Source of the DNA: Giardia intestinalis
Lineage: Eukaryota
Strand: one strand, 5' to 3'
DNA length: 64,000 bases
NCBI GenBank assembly: GCA_000002435.2
Contig: CM018790.1
Of the stretch, positions 1-9,945 are shown piece after piece. Under the pieces are notes generated by a model that saw only the letters and a program-made list of their open reading frames with translations, did not search any database and was not told where the DNA came from. The translations under genes were made by a program, and so were the position numbers. How positions within the stretch are numbered: position 1 is the first letter of the stretch; each line of letters opens with the position of its first letter.

Positions 1-30
1 AACTACGCCAGAAGTAAGTTGCCTGTTGGC

Positions 31-3000
31 ATGAGCCTCCAGCACGCCAGCGGTTCTCCCTCGGGTGATATCAGACAACACATTAAAAGACTGTCGCCCC
101 TGGATATAATCAGACTCAACTCTCTGGATTGTGCCAACAGCCCAGCTGACGTAGTCAAGGAGCTTATTGAAAACTCTTTGGATGCTGGGGCCACGGTTGT
201 CAAGGTCTTCTACTCCTACTATGGATACAGAGAAATCGCGGTTTATGACAACGGATTGGGGATTTCTGGCTATGACGATAGCTTCGAGGTCATTGCCAAC
301 AGTAATTGCACGAGCAAGATCCGCATCTACGACGAGATCTTCTCTGTGCGGACGTACGGATTCCGAGGCAACGCCCTAATGTGGATCAGTTTAAAGGGAG
401 AGCTTCAGATATTCAGCCGCGGGAGCGATGATGCAAAAGTCATGCGAGCCATCTATGTCAACGGTGGTCTCTTTTCTATCGTCTCTATTCGCACAGAGGA
501 CGAGGAGTACGTCCTTCGGTCGTTTGTTGGTCATACTACCATAGACGTGTCAGGAAGATTCACCATTATGGTTGTCTCGAATTTTGGCGATAGTCGCCGT
601 GAAACGGAGATGTCTCCTTCTACACAAAGGAGCGAGCTGGAGGATACCGTTAAGCGCTACGCCATACCCCACTATGACAAAGAGTTCCTTCTCTACGATA
701 CAGATATGAACATTCCCATTCTTGCTTTGGAAAAGCGGCCCAGTATCTATGACAGGCTATTTGATATCCGACGAGATATATTTACCTCAGGTCACGTTGA
801 GGGCGGGCAAGCTAGGGCTCCATCAGATACACCTACTGGGGCGCCATCTCACTTGATCACCCGATCGACCACCTTATACATTTCAGAGAAGGAAATCTTG
901 CAAAGCCCTTTCTATGTTGCCATTAAGAACAAGCACGAGAGTCGTCGTTCTCTTTCTACATGCGCCCCTTCTATTTCTATAGAGAACCACGACACAGCTA
1001 CCTGTACTACACGGGTTTCGAGCACATGTACGGCTAGGGCCAGGGATGCCCGTAGTCCAGAGACCTTCCGGGTGGTGAATCTCGATCAACGTGAAACTCT
1101 GAAAAGGACGTCATCTGCTCCAGCTTCCCTTGGATCACCGGTCATGTCTACTCTTCCTCCAGTTCCTGATACTCTTTGGTACACAGACGCGGTCACAAAG
1201 GGGGACAACTCGGCCCAGATTCGACTTGTTCCACAACTAACTCCATTACTCCTAGCATCGTACTCCACTGGATCCTTACACTTATCAGAAACCTCAGCAG
1301 CCCCAGGAAAGCAGTTACATTTGAAGCACTGTCGCTTCATTAGAGAACTTAGTCACCATTGTCCATCGCACCATAGCTATGTCGCTGCACTTCAGATTTC
1401 CATCCACGCAAGCAATCCACTAATTCATCCTATAGCTAGAAAAAGTTCACAGCAAACTGCGCTCATAAATAGCCTCGTTACTGGCAAGACGATGATGAAT
1501 GCAAATTTGGCCGTGCTCCTATATTATAATAAACGGCCAGTCATTTCAAAGCGTCTTTTCGACGGAATACATGCATGCATAAACGCGTATTTCAAGGAGA
1601 TCTGCGGCCCTAGCCTACTGTTGATAATCATGGAATCGGTTCAGGGCACCTGCTTCTGCGACTTGGATAGAACCCCAGAGAAGAAGTTTATTACATTTGG
1701 AAAGTACATTGGGAAACTTATTCAGGAGAGAATCCTGAGGCTGTTGTCATCCATCTTTTCAAAGAATCTGGGTCGCAAACGGGTGCGGCTCAATGAACAC
1801 CAGCGTCTCCTGGCGAAGGCTAATATGTTTGGCGACTCATTAGACATAGGTGCCAGCGCCAACTCCCACGCCTTGCGATTATTAGGCGGACTTCATGGTG
1901 TGGCGCGGATGGATCCAGCAAAGCTTCTCGACTTTGATTACAGGCTCAGTCTCTTCTTTGAAAAGTGCACTCAGTACCTTTATGAACGGATCTTCGAGGG
2001 CGCGGCTGGGAGCGAGTACCATAGCGGGGTAACAAACCTTGACTCTCGCGCGGCAACGCGGCATATCAACAACAATGTGATCGTCAAGACAATTAAACTG
2101 TATCGTGAGGAGTTCAAAACCTTCGATCCTTATGCTCTGGTGCACCGGAACGTTTCTGAGGAGGTTATGGGCCACAACGGCCCACACTGCCAGACACTCA
2201 CTTCAAATCGCTCTCCTATGGGCGAACAAGGCAGTTGTCGAAAGAGCCACACAGTTGAAGCACGTAGTCCAAGACAGACAGGGTCACATAAGAGCGCTCA
2301 GTCCTGCAAAATCAGCAAGGTGACCACAGATATCATGAAGCGGGTTCTTGGCTGTGACTTTCACACCATCAGAAGTCTCAACAATCCAGTCAAGAAGAAT
2401 TACAAGGCCTTGTTTCTGTCTACCTATCTGCTCTATGGTTCGCAGTATGCGTTGATCAAAAGCTTCACCTTGATGCGTCCGGATCTCATCACTGGTATTT
2501 TGCAATTGGCGCCACATGTTGGCCATTCTCTCAACTATGGTTCTGGCGTTTCTCTCAGCGTCTTGGCGGCTATCTTCAACTCCATTAATAGTTCCTCTGC
2601 CCCAACTGCGGTGCGGTATTCTAAGGTGTATGCCCTGTCCAGCTGCCAGGAATCTAGTGACTGGGTTTCTGAGGCCAAATTTGTGGCCAGGAATCCGTCT
2701 AGCAGCGTCTTTGCACTCAGATCTAGACATACCAGACACTCCTTGCAGGGCAAACAAAAGAACAGCCATATTGCCCCGCCTCCGTCTTCTACTGTCAAGC
2801 TCGTCGGTAGCGCACCTGATGTCCAGCTTCCTGAGACAGTTTCCTCCCGACTAGACACGTCTTACATACCAACTATGACTGCTAGCATGGCGTCGCCCCT
2901 CCTAGAGTATTTGACGCAATTTGCCACCAAGACTGCACACCCAACATCTTACCAGGACGACTGCACCGACATCTCCGAAGTCCCGCTGCACGAACCTGCC

Positions 3001-4455
3001 GGACTCTCTACCAGCAGCGAGTCAAGCAGATCTCCCTCACTATCGACTTCTCGACGCCCCCGTCCCAAACTGAGCTCCCTCACCATTCCCAGTGACGATA
3101 CTTCAAATATGGGAAAAACTGAGGCTCAGTGCAACTCTGAATCGCAGGAGCATGATGCTTTAGAGTACTGTGAAATCTTCAATCCGATCTCAGAGGCAGA
3201 AAAATCGATTGAAAGCGTTGTCAAGCAACGTGATCTAACTCTTTCGTCAGAGGATTATCAAGAAGATAACTATTACAAACTAAAAAGGTTCACTCGAGTA
3301 TTTGACCTTGACGTAATTAGGTCACGCTTTCATCACCTTGAGAACCATGTAATCCTCGTTCTCGAAGAAGAACTGAAGGAGAAAAGGCCCATTAGCCATA
3401 TTTTAGGGCCTAGCCCCAGAGAGGCTCGGGCGGCAAAAGAAAAGCAGAAAACACTTGTTGATTCTTCCGGGAAAAGGGAGATTTTCACAGAAGCAGATAT
3501 TAAAACAATGGGGAAGCAACGATTAGATGCCATGTCAGATGCTATCTCAACCAGCGAGCCGATTTCACTAGCCCGCATAAATAGCTATATTCAGAGCCAG
3601 AAAACGTTGATTTCAAAGGCAGAGCTGAATATTGGAAATCTGATCAACATAGATGGCACTATTGTGGCATATTACAATCTTGACAATTATTGCTGCAATC
3701 TAAATGCAACCAGAGTGACAACTAAGGTATTCAAGATCATTCTTCTTAAGTACTGGTTGGGAAACGCAGTAAAAAGCCTCTACAATCCATCCGTTTCCTT
3801 TCACAAAGTTCCCTTGATGCGTGTGCCAGCGCACTACAACGTGCTCATCGAGACGTTTATCGATCTGTTTGTAGCAGTGGGTATCGGCGTCTCTGTAGCT
3901 GATAATAGAGTGGTAGCGGCGTCAACAAAAGTCACAGGCATGGCCCCTATTCCCAGCCAGATATGCATTCAATTACTAATTCACCCCCTGCTACTCGTCA
4001 GCGAATATTATCAATGCTTTAGGCTTCTATTTGAAGCAAACAAGACAGCAGTGCCGACTGAGTCTGACTTCGAGCAATTCTTATCCAAAATTCAGCTGCT
4101 TCTTTTCTACGATCATCTGGAAGCCCCGGACCCTATCAGTATTGGAAAGCACAAGGCGCTTCGGAAGAGACTAGGTGTGCTGACCTATGGACATCCGATA
4201 CGTATCGAATGCTTGAAAGATATAAATTACACTATTCCTTACTCCAACAAGACCATTAAACTGTTTATCCACTACTACTGTGAGTTCCTGGCTACCCACT
4301 TTATCCGCGTAGCGTACGAAAGTCAGTCTGCAGAGGTCATCAGAGCGTACTTCCGCCTCGTCATTGATCATCTGAGCGTGGAAGACTTGGACACGCCATA
4401 CAAGATGCCAATCTATACAGAGAACGAGGCCCCGGCGATTGACCAGACGCTGTGA
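31..4455 (+). CDS. MutL-family (MLH/PMS-type) GHKL ATPase, putative DNA mismatch-repair homolog with a long C-terminal extension. First ATG is at 31, the frame is open to base 1, so the true 5' end may lie upstream of the window.
   Basis: N-terminal motifs KELIENSLDAGAT (MutL motif I, ELVENSLDAGAT), YDNGLGI (DNGxGI) and TYGFRGNAL (GFRGEAL) in the order expected for the MutL ATPase domain. The ORF finder start at 19 is a TTG. No DQHA(x)2E(x)4E endonuclease motif was seen in the C-terminal half. Confidence 0.6.
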   Translation: MSLQHASGSPSGDIRQHIKRLSPLDIIRLNSLDCANSPADVVKELIENSLDAGATVVKVFYSYYGYREIAVYDNGLGISGYDDSFEVIANSNCTSKIRIYDEIFSVRTYGFRGNALMWISLKGELQIFSRGSDDAKVMRAIYVNGGLFSIVSIRTEDEEYVLRSFVGHTTIDVSGRFTIMVVSNFGDSRRETEMSPSTQRSELEDTVKRYAIPHYDKEFLLYDTDMNIPILALEKRPSIYDRLFDIRRDIFTSGHVEGGQARAPSDTPTGAPSHLITRSTTLYISEKEILQSPFYVAIKNKHESRRSLSTCAPSISIENHDTATCTTRVSSTCTARARDARSPETFRVVNLDQRETLKRTSSAPASLGSPVMSTLPPVPDTLWYTDAVTKGDNSAQIRLVPQLTPLLLASYSTGSLHLSETSAAPGKQLHLKHCRFIRELSHHCPSHHSYVAALQISIHASNPLIHPIARKSSQQTALINSLVTGKTMMNANLAVLLYYNKRPVISKRLFDGIHACINAYFKEICGPSLLLIIMESVQGTCFCDLDRTPEKKFITFGKYIGKLIQERILRLLSSIFSKNLGRKRVRLNEHQRLLAKANMFGDSLDIGASANSHALRLLGGLHGVARMDPAKLLDFDYRLSLFFEKCTQYLYERIFEGAAGSEYHSGVTNLDSRAATRHINNNVIVKTIKLYREEFKTFDPYALVHRNVSEEVMGHNGPHCQTLTSNRSPMGEQGSCRKSHTVEARSPRQTGSHKSAQSCKISKVTTDIMKRVLGCDFHTIRSLNNPVKKNYKALFLSTYLLYGSQYALIKSFTLMRPDLITGILQLAPHVGHSLNYGSGVSLSVLAAIFNSINSSSAPTAVRYSKVYALSSCQESSDWVSEAKFVARNPSSSVFALRSRHTRHSLQGKQKNSHIAPPPSSTVKLVGSAPDVQLPETVSSRLDTSYIPTMTASMASPLLEYLTQFATKTAHPTSYQDDCTDISEVPLHEPAGLSTSSESSRSPSLSTSRRPRPKLSSLTIPSDDTSNMGKTEAQCNSESQEHDALEYCEIFNPISEAEKSIESVVKQRDLTLSSEDYQEDNYYKLKRFTRVFDLDVIRSRFHHLENHVILVLEEELKEKRPISHILGPSPREARAAKEKQKTLVDSSGKREIFTEADIKTMGKQRLDAMSDAISTSEPISLARINSYIQSQKTLISKAELNIGNLINIDGTIVAYYNLDNYCCNLNATRVTTKVFKIILLKYWLGNAVKSLYNPSVSFHKVPLMRVPAHYNVLIETFIDLFVAVGIGVSVADNRVVAASTKVTGMAPIPSQICIQLLIHPLLLVSEYYQCFRLLFEANKTAVPTESDFEQFLSKIQLLLFYDHLEAPDPISIGKHKALRKRLGVLTYGHPIRIECLKDINYTIPYSNKTIKLFIHYYCEFLATHFIRVAYESQSAEVIRAYFRLVIDHLSVEDLDTPYKMPIYTENEAPAIDQTL

Positions 4456-4536
4456 CTCCTGTCTACTGCAGTTCCTAAAGTATTTTGAATTCATTTTTGA
4501 GCAAAATAATTGTAACAAAGAGAAAAAGGTATCTAC

Positions 4537-5865
4537 ATGGGCAAGGAGAAGAAGCACATCAACCTCGTCGTCATCGGGCACGTCGACAACGGGAAGTCGA
4601 CGCTGACGGGCCACCTCATCTACAAGTGCGGCGGGATCGACCAGCGCACGATCGACGAGTACGAGAAGCGCGCGACGGAGATGGGCAAGGGCTCCTTCAA
4701 GTACGCGTGGGTCCTCGACCAGCTCAAGGACGAGCGCGAGCGCGGGATCACGATCAACATCGCGCTCTGGAAGTTCGAGACGAAGAAGTACATCGTCACG
4801 ATCATCGACGCCCCGGGCCACCGCGACTTCATCAAGAACATGATCACGGGGACGTCCCAGGCCGACGTCGCGATCCTCGTCGTCGCGGCGGGCCAGGGCG
4901 AGTTCGAGGCCGGGATCTCGAAGGACGGCCAGACGCGCGAGCACGCGACCCTTGCGAACACGCTCGGGATCAAGACGATGATCATCTGCGTCAACAAGAT
5001 GGACGACGGCCAGGTCAAGTACTCGAAGGAGCGCTACGACGAGATCAAGGGCGAGATGATGAAGCAGCTCAAGAACATCGGCTGGAAGAAGGCCGAGGAG
5101 TTCGACTACATCCCGACGTCCGGCTGGACCGGGGACAACATCATGGAGAAGTCCGACAAGATGCCCTGGTACGAGGGCCCGTGCCTGATCGACGCGATCG
5201 ACGGGCTCAAGGCCCCGAAGCGCCCGACCGACAAGCCCCTCCGCCTCCCGATCCAGGACGTCTACAAGATCTCGGGCGTCGGGACCGTCCCCGCGGGCCG
5301 CGTCGAGACGGGCGAGCTCGCGCCCGGGATGAAGGTCGTCTTCGCCCCGACGTCCCAGGTCTCGGAGGTCAAGTCCGTCGAGATGCACCACGAGGAGCTC
5401 AAGAAGGCCGGGCCCGGGGACAACGTCGGCTTCAACGTCCGCGGGCTCGCCGTCAAGGACCTCAAGAAGGGCTACGTCGTCGGGGACGTGACGAACGACC
5501 CGCCCGTCGGCTGCAAGAGCTTCACCGCCCAGGTCATCGTCATGAACCACCCGAAGAAGATCCAGCCCGGCTACACGCCCGTCATCGACTGCCACACCGC
5601 GCACATCGCGTGCCAGTTCCAGCTCTTCCTCCAGAAGCTCGACAAGCGCACGCTCAAGCCCGAGATGGAGAACCCGCCCGACGCAGGCCGCGGCGATTGC
5701 ATCATCGTCAAGATGGTCCCCCAGAAGCCCCTGTGCTGCGAGACGTTCAACGACTACGCGCCCCTCGGCCGCTTCGCCGTCCGCGACATGAAGCGCACCG
5801 TCGCCGTCGGGATCATCCAGGAGATCGACAAGGAGGAGTTCAAGCCCCCCAAGGGCGGCAAGTGA
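4537..5865 (+). CDS. EF1A: Translation elongation factor 1-alpha (copy 1), 442 aa.
   Basis: Protein starts [35 protein letters not shown] and contains DAPGHRDF and NKMD GTP-binding motifs, full-length eEF1A. GC3 is extremely high, unlike the flanks. The overlapping ORFs 4171..5604(-), 4485..6071(+) and 4620..5018(-) are GC-driven frame artefacts. Confidence 0.97.
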   Translation: MGKEKKHINLVVIGHVDNGKSTLTGHLIYKCGGIDQRTIDEYEKRATEMGKGSFKYAWVLDQLKDERERGITINIALWKFETKKYIVTIIDAPGHRDFIKNMITGTSQADVAILVVAAGQGEFEAGISKDGQTREHATLANTLGIKTMIICVNKMDDGQVKYSKERYDEIKGEMMKQLKNIGWKKAEEFDYIPTSGWTGDNIMEKSDKMPWYEGPCLIDAIDGLKAPKRPTDKPLRLPIQDVYKISGVGTVPAGRVETGELAPGMKVVFAPTSQVSEVKSVEMHHEELKKAGPGDNVGFNVRGLAVKDLKKGYVVGDVTNDPPVGCKSFTAQVIVMNHPKKIQPGYTPVIDCHTAHIACQFQLFLQKLDKRTLKPEMENPPDAGRGDCIIVKMVPQKPLCCETFNDYAPLGRFAVRDMKRTVAVGIIQEIDKEEFKPPKGGK

Positions 5866-5871
5866 GTAAAC
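5865..5871 (+). terminator. Giardia-type polyadenylation signal AGTAAAC (AGTRAAY) overlapping the EF1A TGA stop.
   Basis: The sequence aagTGAGTAAACgtc lies directly at the stop, and the identical arrangement occurs at copy 2. Confidence 0.6.
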
Positions 5872-6211
5872 GTCTAAGCGCAGGGCCGAGCAGTTTACTC
5901 TGTTGCGGGTTGTGGGGTGTCTACATTGGGGCTGAACGCAGATGTGTCTGTGTCTTCTGCTGGTGTGTATGGTCAGTACTGCCTGCTGGCTGCTTTAGGC
6001 TCTCTTCAGAACCAGTCTCCAGTTATCGAAGCAGAAGTATCTACGAGGCGCGCATACCTGCATTGCCCTAAAAACACCTCTCTCCTCCAATACTCGTCCT
6101 TATTCGAGGCAGGGACATCGTTATACACCGATTCTCCAGGATGCCAAGCAAAGTATCACGTGGTGAAAGCTAATAAAGGATACAGCTGTAGTTTCTAGCG
6201 CAGTTACTATT

Positions 6212-8689
6212 TTAATGGGTGCTTGCAACGATAGACTGCTTGTAGAGCGGTGGAACCCCGGCCTTCTTTCGGAAGACGAAAACCCAAACCAGCACACCCG
6301 CCACACCGCCGACGACGAGGACCACGCCGATGGCGATGCCAGAGATGGCCCCCGACGAGAGGGCGGACTTTTTGGAGGTGTTGTCATACTCCAGACATAT
6401 GGGCTTGACTGCGCCCTCTGGAACCACGCAGAGGCTGCACTTGGAGATCGCCTTGTGACACGCCTTGCACGTGCTCTCGGAGAAGTAGTACCCGGCCAGG
6501 CAGGTGAAGCATGCCTTCCCATGAGGACAGGTGGCGCAGCCCTTGGAGCACGCCTTGCACGCCCCCTTCTCCAGGTAGAACCCACTGTTGCAGGCGCTGC
6601 AGACCCCACTACTACACATTGCACAGTTCGTCGGGCATGTAAGGAGCGTTCCGTTGTACGTTATCCCGTACCCGGCCACGGTGCTATCACACCAGCCGTC
6701 GCTCGCCTTCGTGCAGACAGTCTTCCCGGGGAGGAGCGTGGAGGTGTAGCACCCCCCGTTGAGGCTGAAGGAGTTCGAGCTGCAAGCAACACACCTACCG
6801 GCGGCGACATTCGCGCACGCGATGCCAACCGCCCGCGAGCCGGAGGAAGTGCACGCCCCGTTGTTGGGGTACTCCGTGCTCTTGACGCAGCGCGAGCAGT
6901 AGCTGGTCCCGCCCACCGTGAGCCCGCACTCTGCACAGCTGCTGTCCTGCACGCACTGCGGGACGCACGATCCCTTGGCACCGTCGCTGTACTGCAGCCG
7001 CCTCTTGGCAGGGCAGGAGGTGCAGTCGCCGGATGCCGGTCCGCTGCACGTGGCACACTCAGAGCTGCACGGCTTGCATCCTCCCGAGCCCTCGACGTAG
7101 AACCCGTCCCTGCATGCCTTGCACTTGGATTCCGACTCGCAGACTGCGCAGTTGCCGAGCGTGCACGCCACGCACCTCGAGACGCCCCCCACGGTGGCCT
7201 TGTAGTACCCGGCGGAGCCCAGGCAGTCCTTCACGCACAGACCGTGGGGGTCGAGGCTGTGGTCATCGGCACACTTTGTGCACACGTCTCTGTTCTCGCA
7301 CGTGTCGCAGTTGGGGTCCTTGCACTTGGTCGCCACGCACTGACTGCCGGAGAGTGTGTAGCCATACTTGCACTTCTTACAGCTCGACTCGTCACATTCA
7401 GCGCAGTTCTCCACCGTGCACCCGACACACTTCCCGTCCTTCAGATAGGACCCGTCATCGCATGCGCAGCTGTGGACCGAGGATGAGGACCCCTGTATGC
7501 CCTTCTGCCCCTTGGGACAGCTGGCCAGGCAGCTTCTCTTATCCAGGCTCAGGTAGAGGTCGCGGCACTCCAGACACTGAAGACCACTGTCCTTCATCTC
7601 ACACCTTTGGCATCCCTCTATTCCCCCGTTGGCTGAGTCCCCGCAGCGCCAGCATCCGTTGTTCTTGGTGAACACATCATTGATTGAACTGTTGCATGTG
7701 GTGCAAATGTTGTTCTCCGCTGCTTGGCAAATCGTAGTTCCTATTTGTTCTCCTGAACCATGATTAGCCGAATAGCAACCCCCGTAAAACAAATAGTAAC
7801 TAGTATCGCCCTTATTCTTGCAAGCAGTGCACCTTCCGGTTTTAGTATCCTTCACACAGATGTCAGAGAACTCAGCGATTGCCACACAATTACCCTGCAA
7901 AGGAGCCTCCGACGAGTTGGTGCATTGGACACACAGAGACCGGTCAGTTATGTCTATGATATTCTTTGGCAAACAGATACTATTACCGATTGGACTATCT
8001 ATAGAAAAGCAAGCATTAGCACTCAAGATGTGTGTTGTGGGACAACTAATACAGTATCCCGTATCTACGCCACTAGTGACAATTTTACACCGATAATCGA
8101 AGGTGCACATTGTCTGTGGCAGCGAGCATGAGAAGCAGTCTGCCTCTGTTTTCCATGCATATTTTGGGGGCTTGCAGTATTGGCAATGAATTGTTCCGCT
8201 GTATCCGCCAAAACCCACGGGATCCCCACAGTGGATGCAGCGTTCAGGAGATGTGGTATTAGGGTTTGTAAAGACTATTGGGATAGATATCTTACTGCCC
8301 TTTCCACATTCCTTGCAGACTCCACCCTCTGCCCTATCACAGATACCTGCTTTCCATCCGCCGGTCAATTCATAGCAGCCACCATAAAATAAGAAATAGC
8401 CATCACCACATTTCATGCACCATCCTCCCATTGGTGATTTAGCACAACCAGCCTTACTAACCGCTTCATGTGCGGTAGAAACACACGTTCCATTGATTGG
8501 AACGTGTTCAGAGCCACACTCTACACAAAAAAACCCACCAGCTAGGTCAAATATGCAACTATTTGGAAGGCAATTTGGCATTCCATTTTCACAAGAGTAC
8601 CCAAACCCATTGCGATATAGAGGCGTCTCCTCAGAGAAGAACCCTATCGGAAGACAGGCCAATAGCAGAACTGATAAAGATCGTGACAT
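6212..8689 (-). CDS. High-cysteine membrane protein (HCMP, VSP-like), 825 aa, with signal peptide, CXXC/GGCY-rich ectodomain, one C-terminal TM helix and a short basic tail. It is not a CRGKA-type VSP.
   Basis: N-terminus MSRSLSVLLLACLPIGFF. Dozens of CxxC pairs. Three GGCY motifs (YFLFYGGCYE, YLFYGGCYS, NGGCYTS). C-terminus ISGIAIGVVLVVGGVAGVLVWVFVF followed by RKKAGVPPLYKQSIVASTH. AT-rich initiator region upstream of ATG at 8689. Confidence 0.8.
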   Translation of the reverse strand: MSRSLSVLLLACLPIGFFSEETPLYRNGFGYSCENGMPNCLPNSCIFDLAGGFFCVECGSEHVPINGTCVSTAHEAVSKAGCAKSPMGGWCMKCGDGYFLFYGGCYELTGGWKAGICDRAEGGVCKECGKGSKISIPIVFTNPNTTSPERCIHCGDPVGFGGYSGTIHCQYCKPPKYAWKTEADCFSCSLPQTMCTFDYRCKIVTSGVDTGYCISCPTTHILSANACFSIDSPIGNSICLPKNIIDITDRSLCVQCTNSSEAPLQGNCVAIAEFSDICVKDTKTGRCTACKNKGDTSYYLFYGGCYSANHGSGEQIGTTICQAAENNICTTCNSSINDVFTKNNGCWRCGDSANGGIEGCQRCEMKDSGLQCLECRDLYLSLDKRSCLASCPKGQKGIQGSSSSVHSCACDDGSYLKDGKCVGCTVENCAECDESSCKKCKYGYTLSGSQCVATKCKDPNCDTCENRDVCTKCADDHSLDPHGLCVKDCLGSAGYYKATVGGVSRCVACTLGNCAVCESESKCKACRDGFYVEGSGGCKPCSSECATCSGPASGDCTSCPAKRRLQYSDGAKGSCVPQCVQDSSCAECGLTVGGTSYCSRCVKSTEYPNNGACTSSGSRAVGIACANVAAGRCVACSSNSFSLNGGCYTSTLLPGKTVCTKASDGWCDSTVAGYGITYNGTLLTCPTNCAMCSSGVCSACNSGFYLEKGACKACSKGCATCPHGKACFTCLAGYYFSESTCKACHKAISKCSLCVVPEGAVKPICLEYDNTSKKSALSSGAISGIAIGVVLVVGGVAGVLVWVFVFRKKAGVPPLYKQSIVASTH

Positions 8690-9907
8690 GCAGATTATTA
8701 TTCTCTATCAGATAATTATAGAATTTACATGCAATGAAGTAAGAAAGTTGTTGGCAAACTAATTTCGAGAGCAAGGTTGCCAAACCATTCTCCCTCATTG
8801 TCTTTGAAAGAAGAGCAAGACGTGTTGCTCATAAAAAACTCACTCTACTTACACTAAGTATCAATTCACACGCCGTTTAAACCATTTTGTGGATTGACCT
8901 CCATAGCAAAGGACGCTAAATCAGTATGGTTGTACCTGTTATCAGAGGAGACCGGTGAATTTTAAAATAGATAGTAGACTTGATGTCCCCAAAGCTTCCA
9001 CAAGATCTCCAAGGCAGAGGGCTCCTCAGTGGAGACGCACCGGACGAACGCGTCTGGCACACAATGTATCTTACCAAGGGCTCTTCAGCTTCATGAACAC
9101 CATTTCGGGTCGTGAGTGGGCACCTGTGGGCAGGCTCTTAGGGAGCTGCATGGCTTCAGGTAGTTGTCCATTCTCTGGCCTGGACGAGTCACGCGCCAAG
9201 GGCCAGCACTAACACCTCTGATAAGTAGGGTGCTGTGAGGATAGCACTCCAAGGTCCGCTGGATGTCTGGGAGCACCAGCTCGCCAGAAGGCATCATTTG
9301 CCAGCACAGGCTATCCAGGTCTTCTTTCCTGGAAGGGATCGTGGCCACGGGGCTGTGTCTTTCTGCCCACCGGTGCCTCATTGTCCACAAGGCCCTCAAT
9401 GCTTGAAGCATCGAGCCCAGAAGATGTCCAGTCATCAGAGTGCTGGCCCCTGCAATGACCGTTCGAGACTCTTCAGCGCAGATCCAGTGTCGGGAGGATC
9501 TTCACTCCTTCCAGAGGCACGGCACATCCAGCGAATCGTTGTCTGAGGCCCTCCCCGCACCCACTCAACAGTCTCTGTAGAGGGGCCTGACACGTGACCC
9601 TCTGCAGGCTGTGCTGAGTGAGGGTGCTGCTATTGCGTGATGGCATGGTCCTCCTCTCTTTTACCTGTAGGTGAGACAGCCGATCACTACCAGCCTTTTA
9701 TACCCGCTGACGTGCACGGCACAGCAAGAAGATTGACTGCATGGCTACCGTACCTGCCTGTGAACCGGGCGTAGGCAGAGCAGGGTGTCGCGGTCTGGTG
9801 GTGCCCAGAAGCTATGCAGAGGCAATGGGCCTTCGGTAGAGATGGCCTCAGGTGGAAGCTCGGCCGCACAGATGCAAACAGTCGCCAGTAGAATCCACCA
9901 ATGACGC

Positions 9908-9914
9908 GTTTACT
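9908..9914 (-). terminator. AGTAAAC poly(A) signal 6 nt downstream of the VSP TGA stop (minus strand).
   Basis: Minus strand reads ...TGCAGAGGGAAGGCGTGActtaggAGTAAACgcg. Confidence 0.6.
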
Positions 9915-9945
9915 CCTAAGTCACGCCTTCCCTCTGCAAATGAAC
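9915..9945 (-). repeat. 31-nt conserved VSP 3'-end element (copy 1) encoding FICRGKA plus stop plus start of 3' UTR. It is identical to 11685..11715.
   Basis: The string cctaagtcacgccttccctctgcaaatgaac is present at both positions. Confidence 0.9.

Larger units (their letters stand above)
4537..5885 (+). repeat. Duplicated segment (copy A): EF1A CDS plus 20 nt of 3' flank, near-identical to 41911..43259.
   Basis: The translated proteins are identical. I found only two synonymous differences by eye (ttc/ttt near 4770 vs 42144, gat/gac near 5697 vs 43071). Identity ends 20 nt after the stop and the 5' flanks are unrelated. Confidence 0.9.

Noticed and set aside
19-30. ORF-finder start codons that are TTG or GTG (19 for the MutL homolog, 17176 for midasin, 39536, 34138, 11497, 10406).
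   Set aside because: They were translated as M by the ORF tool, but the nucleotide sequence shows non-ATG codons. I moved the starts to the first ATG with an AT-rich upstream context, or treated the ORF as lacking a start (VSP pseudogene).
4171-5604. 477-aa minus-strand ORF and the 528-aa plus-strand ORF 4485..6071 overlapping EF1A copy 1. The same pair occurs at copy 2 (41896..42978, 42555..43289).
   Set aside because: Their compositions are R/D/G/V/L-dominated homopolymer-like strings, typical of off-frame translation of a GC3-saturated gene. The in-frame EF1A protein is unmistakable, so these are artefacts.
6215-7486. 423-aa plus-strand ORF, plus 6121..6624, 6661..7056 and 7033..7671, antisense to or off-frame within the HCMP gene.
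   Set aside because: Arg/Ala/Pro-rich nonsense generated by the GC-rich Cys-codon repeats (TGC/GCA). The minus-strand HCMP has signal peptide, GGCY motifs and TM and explains the region.
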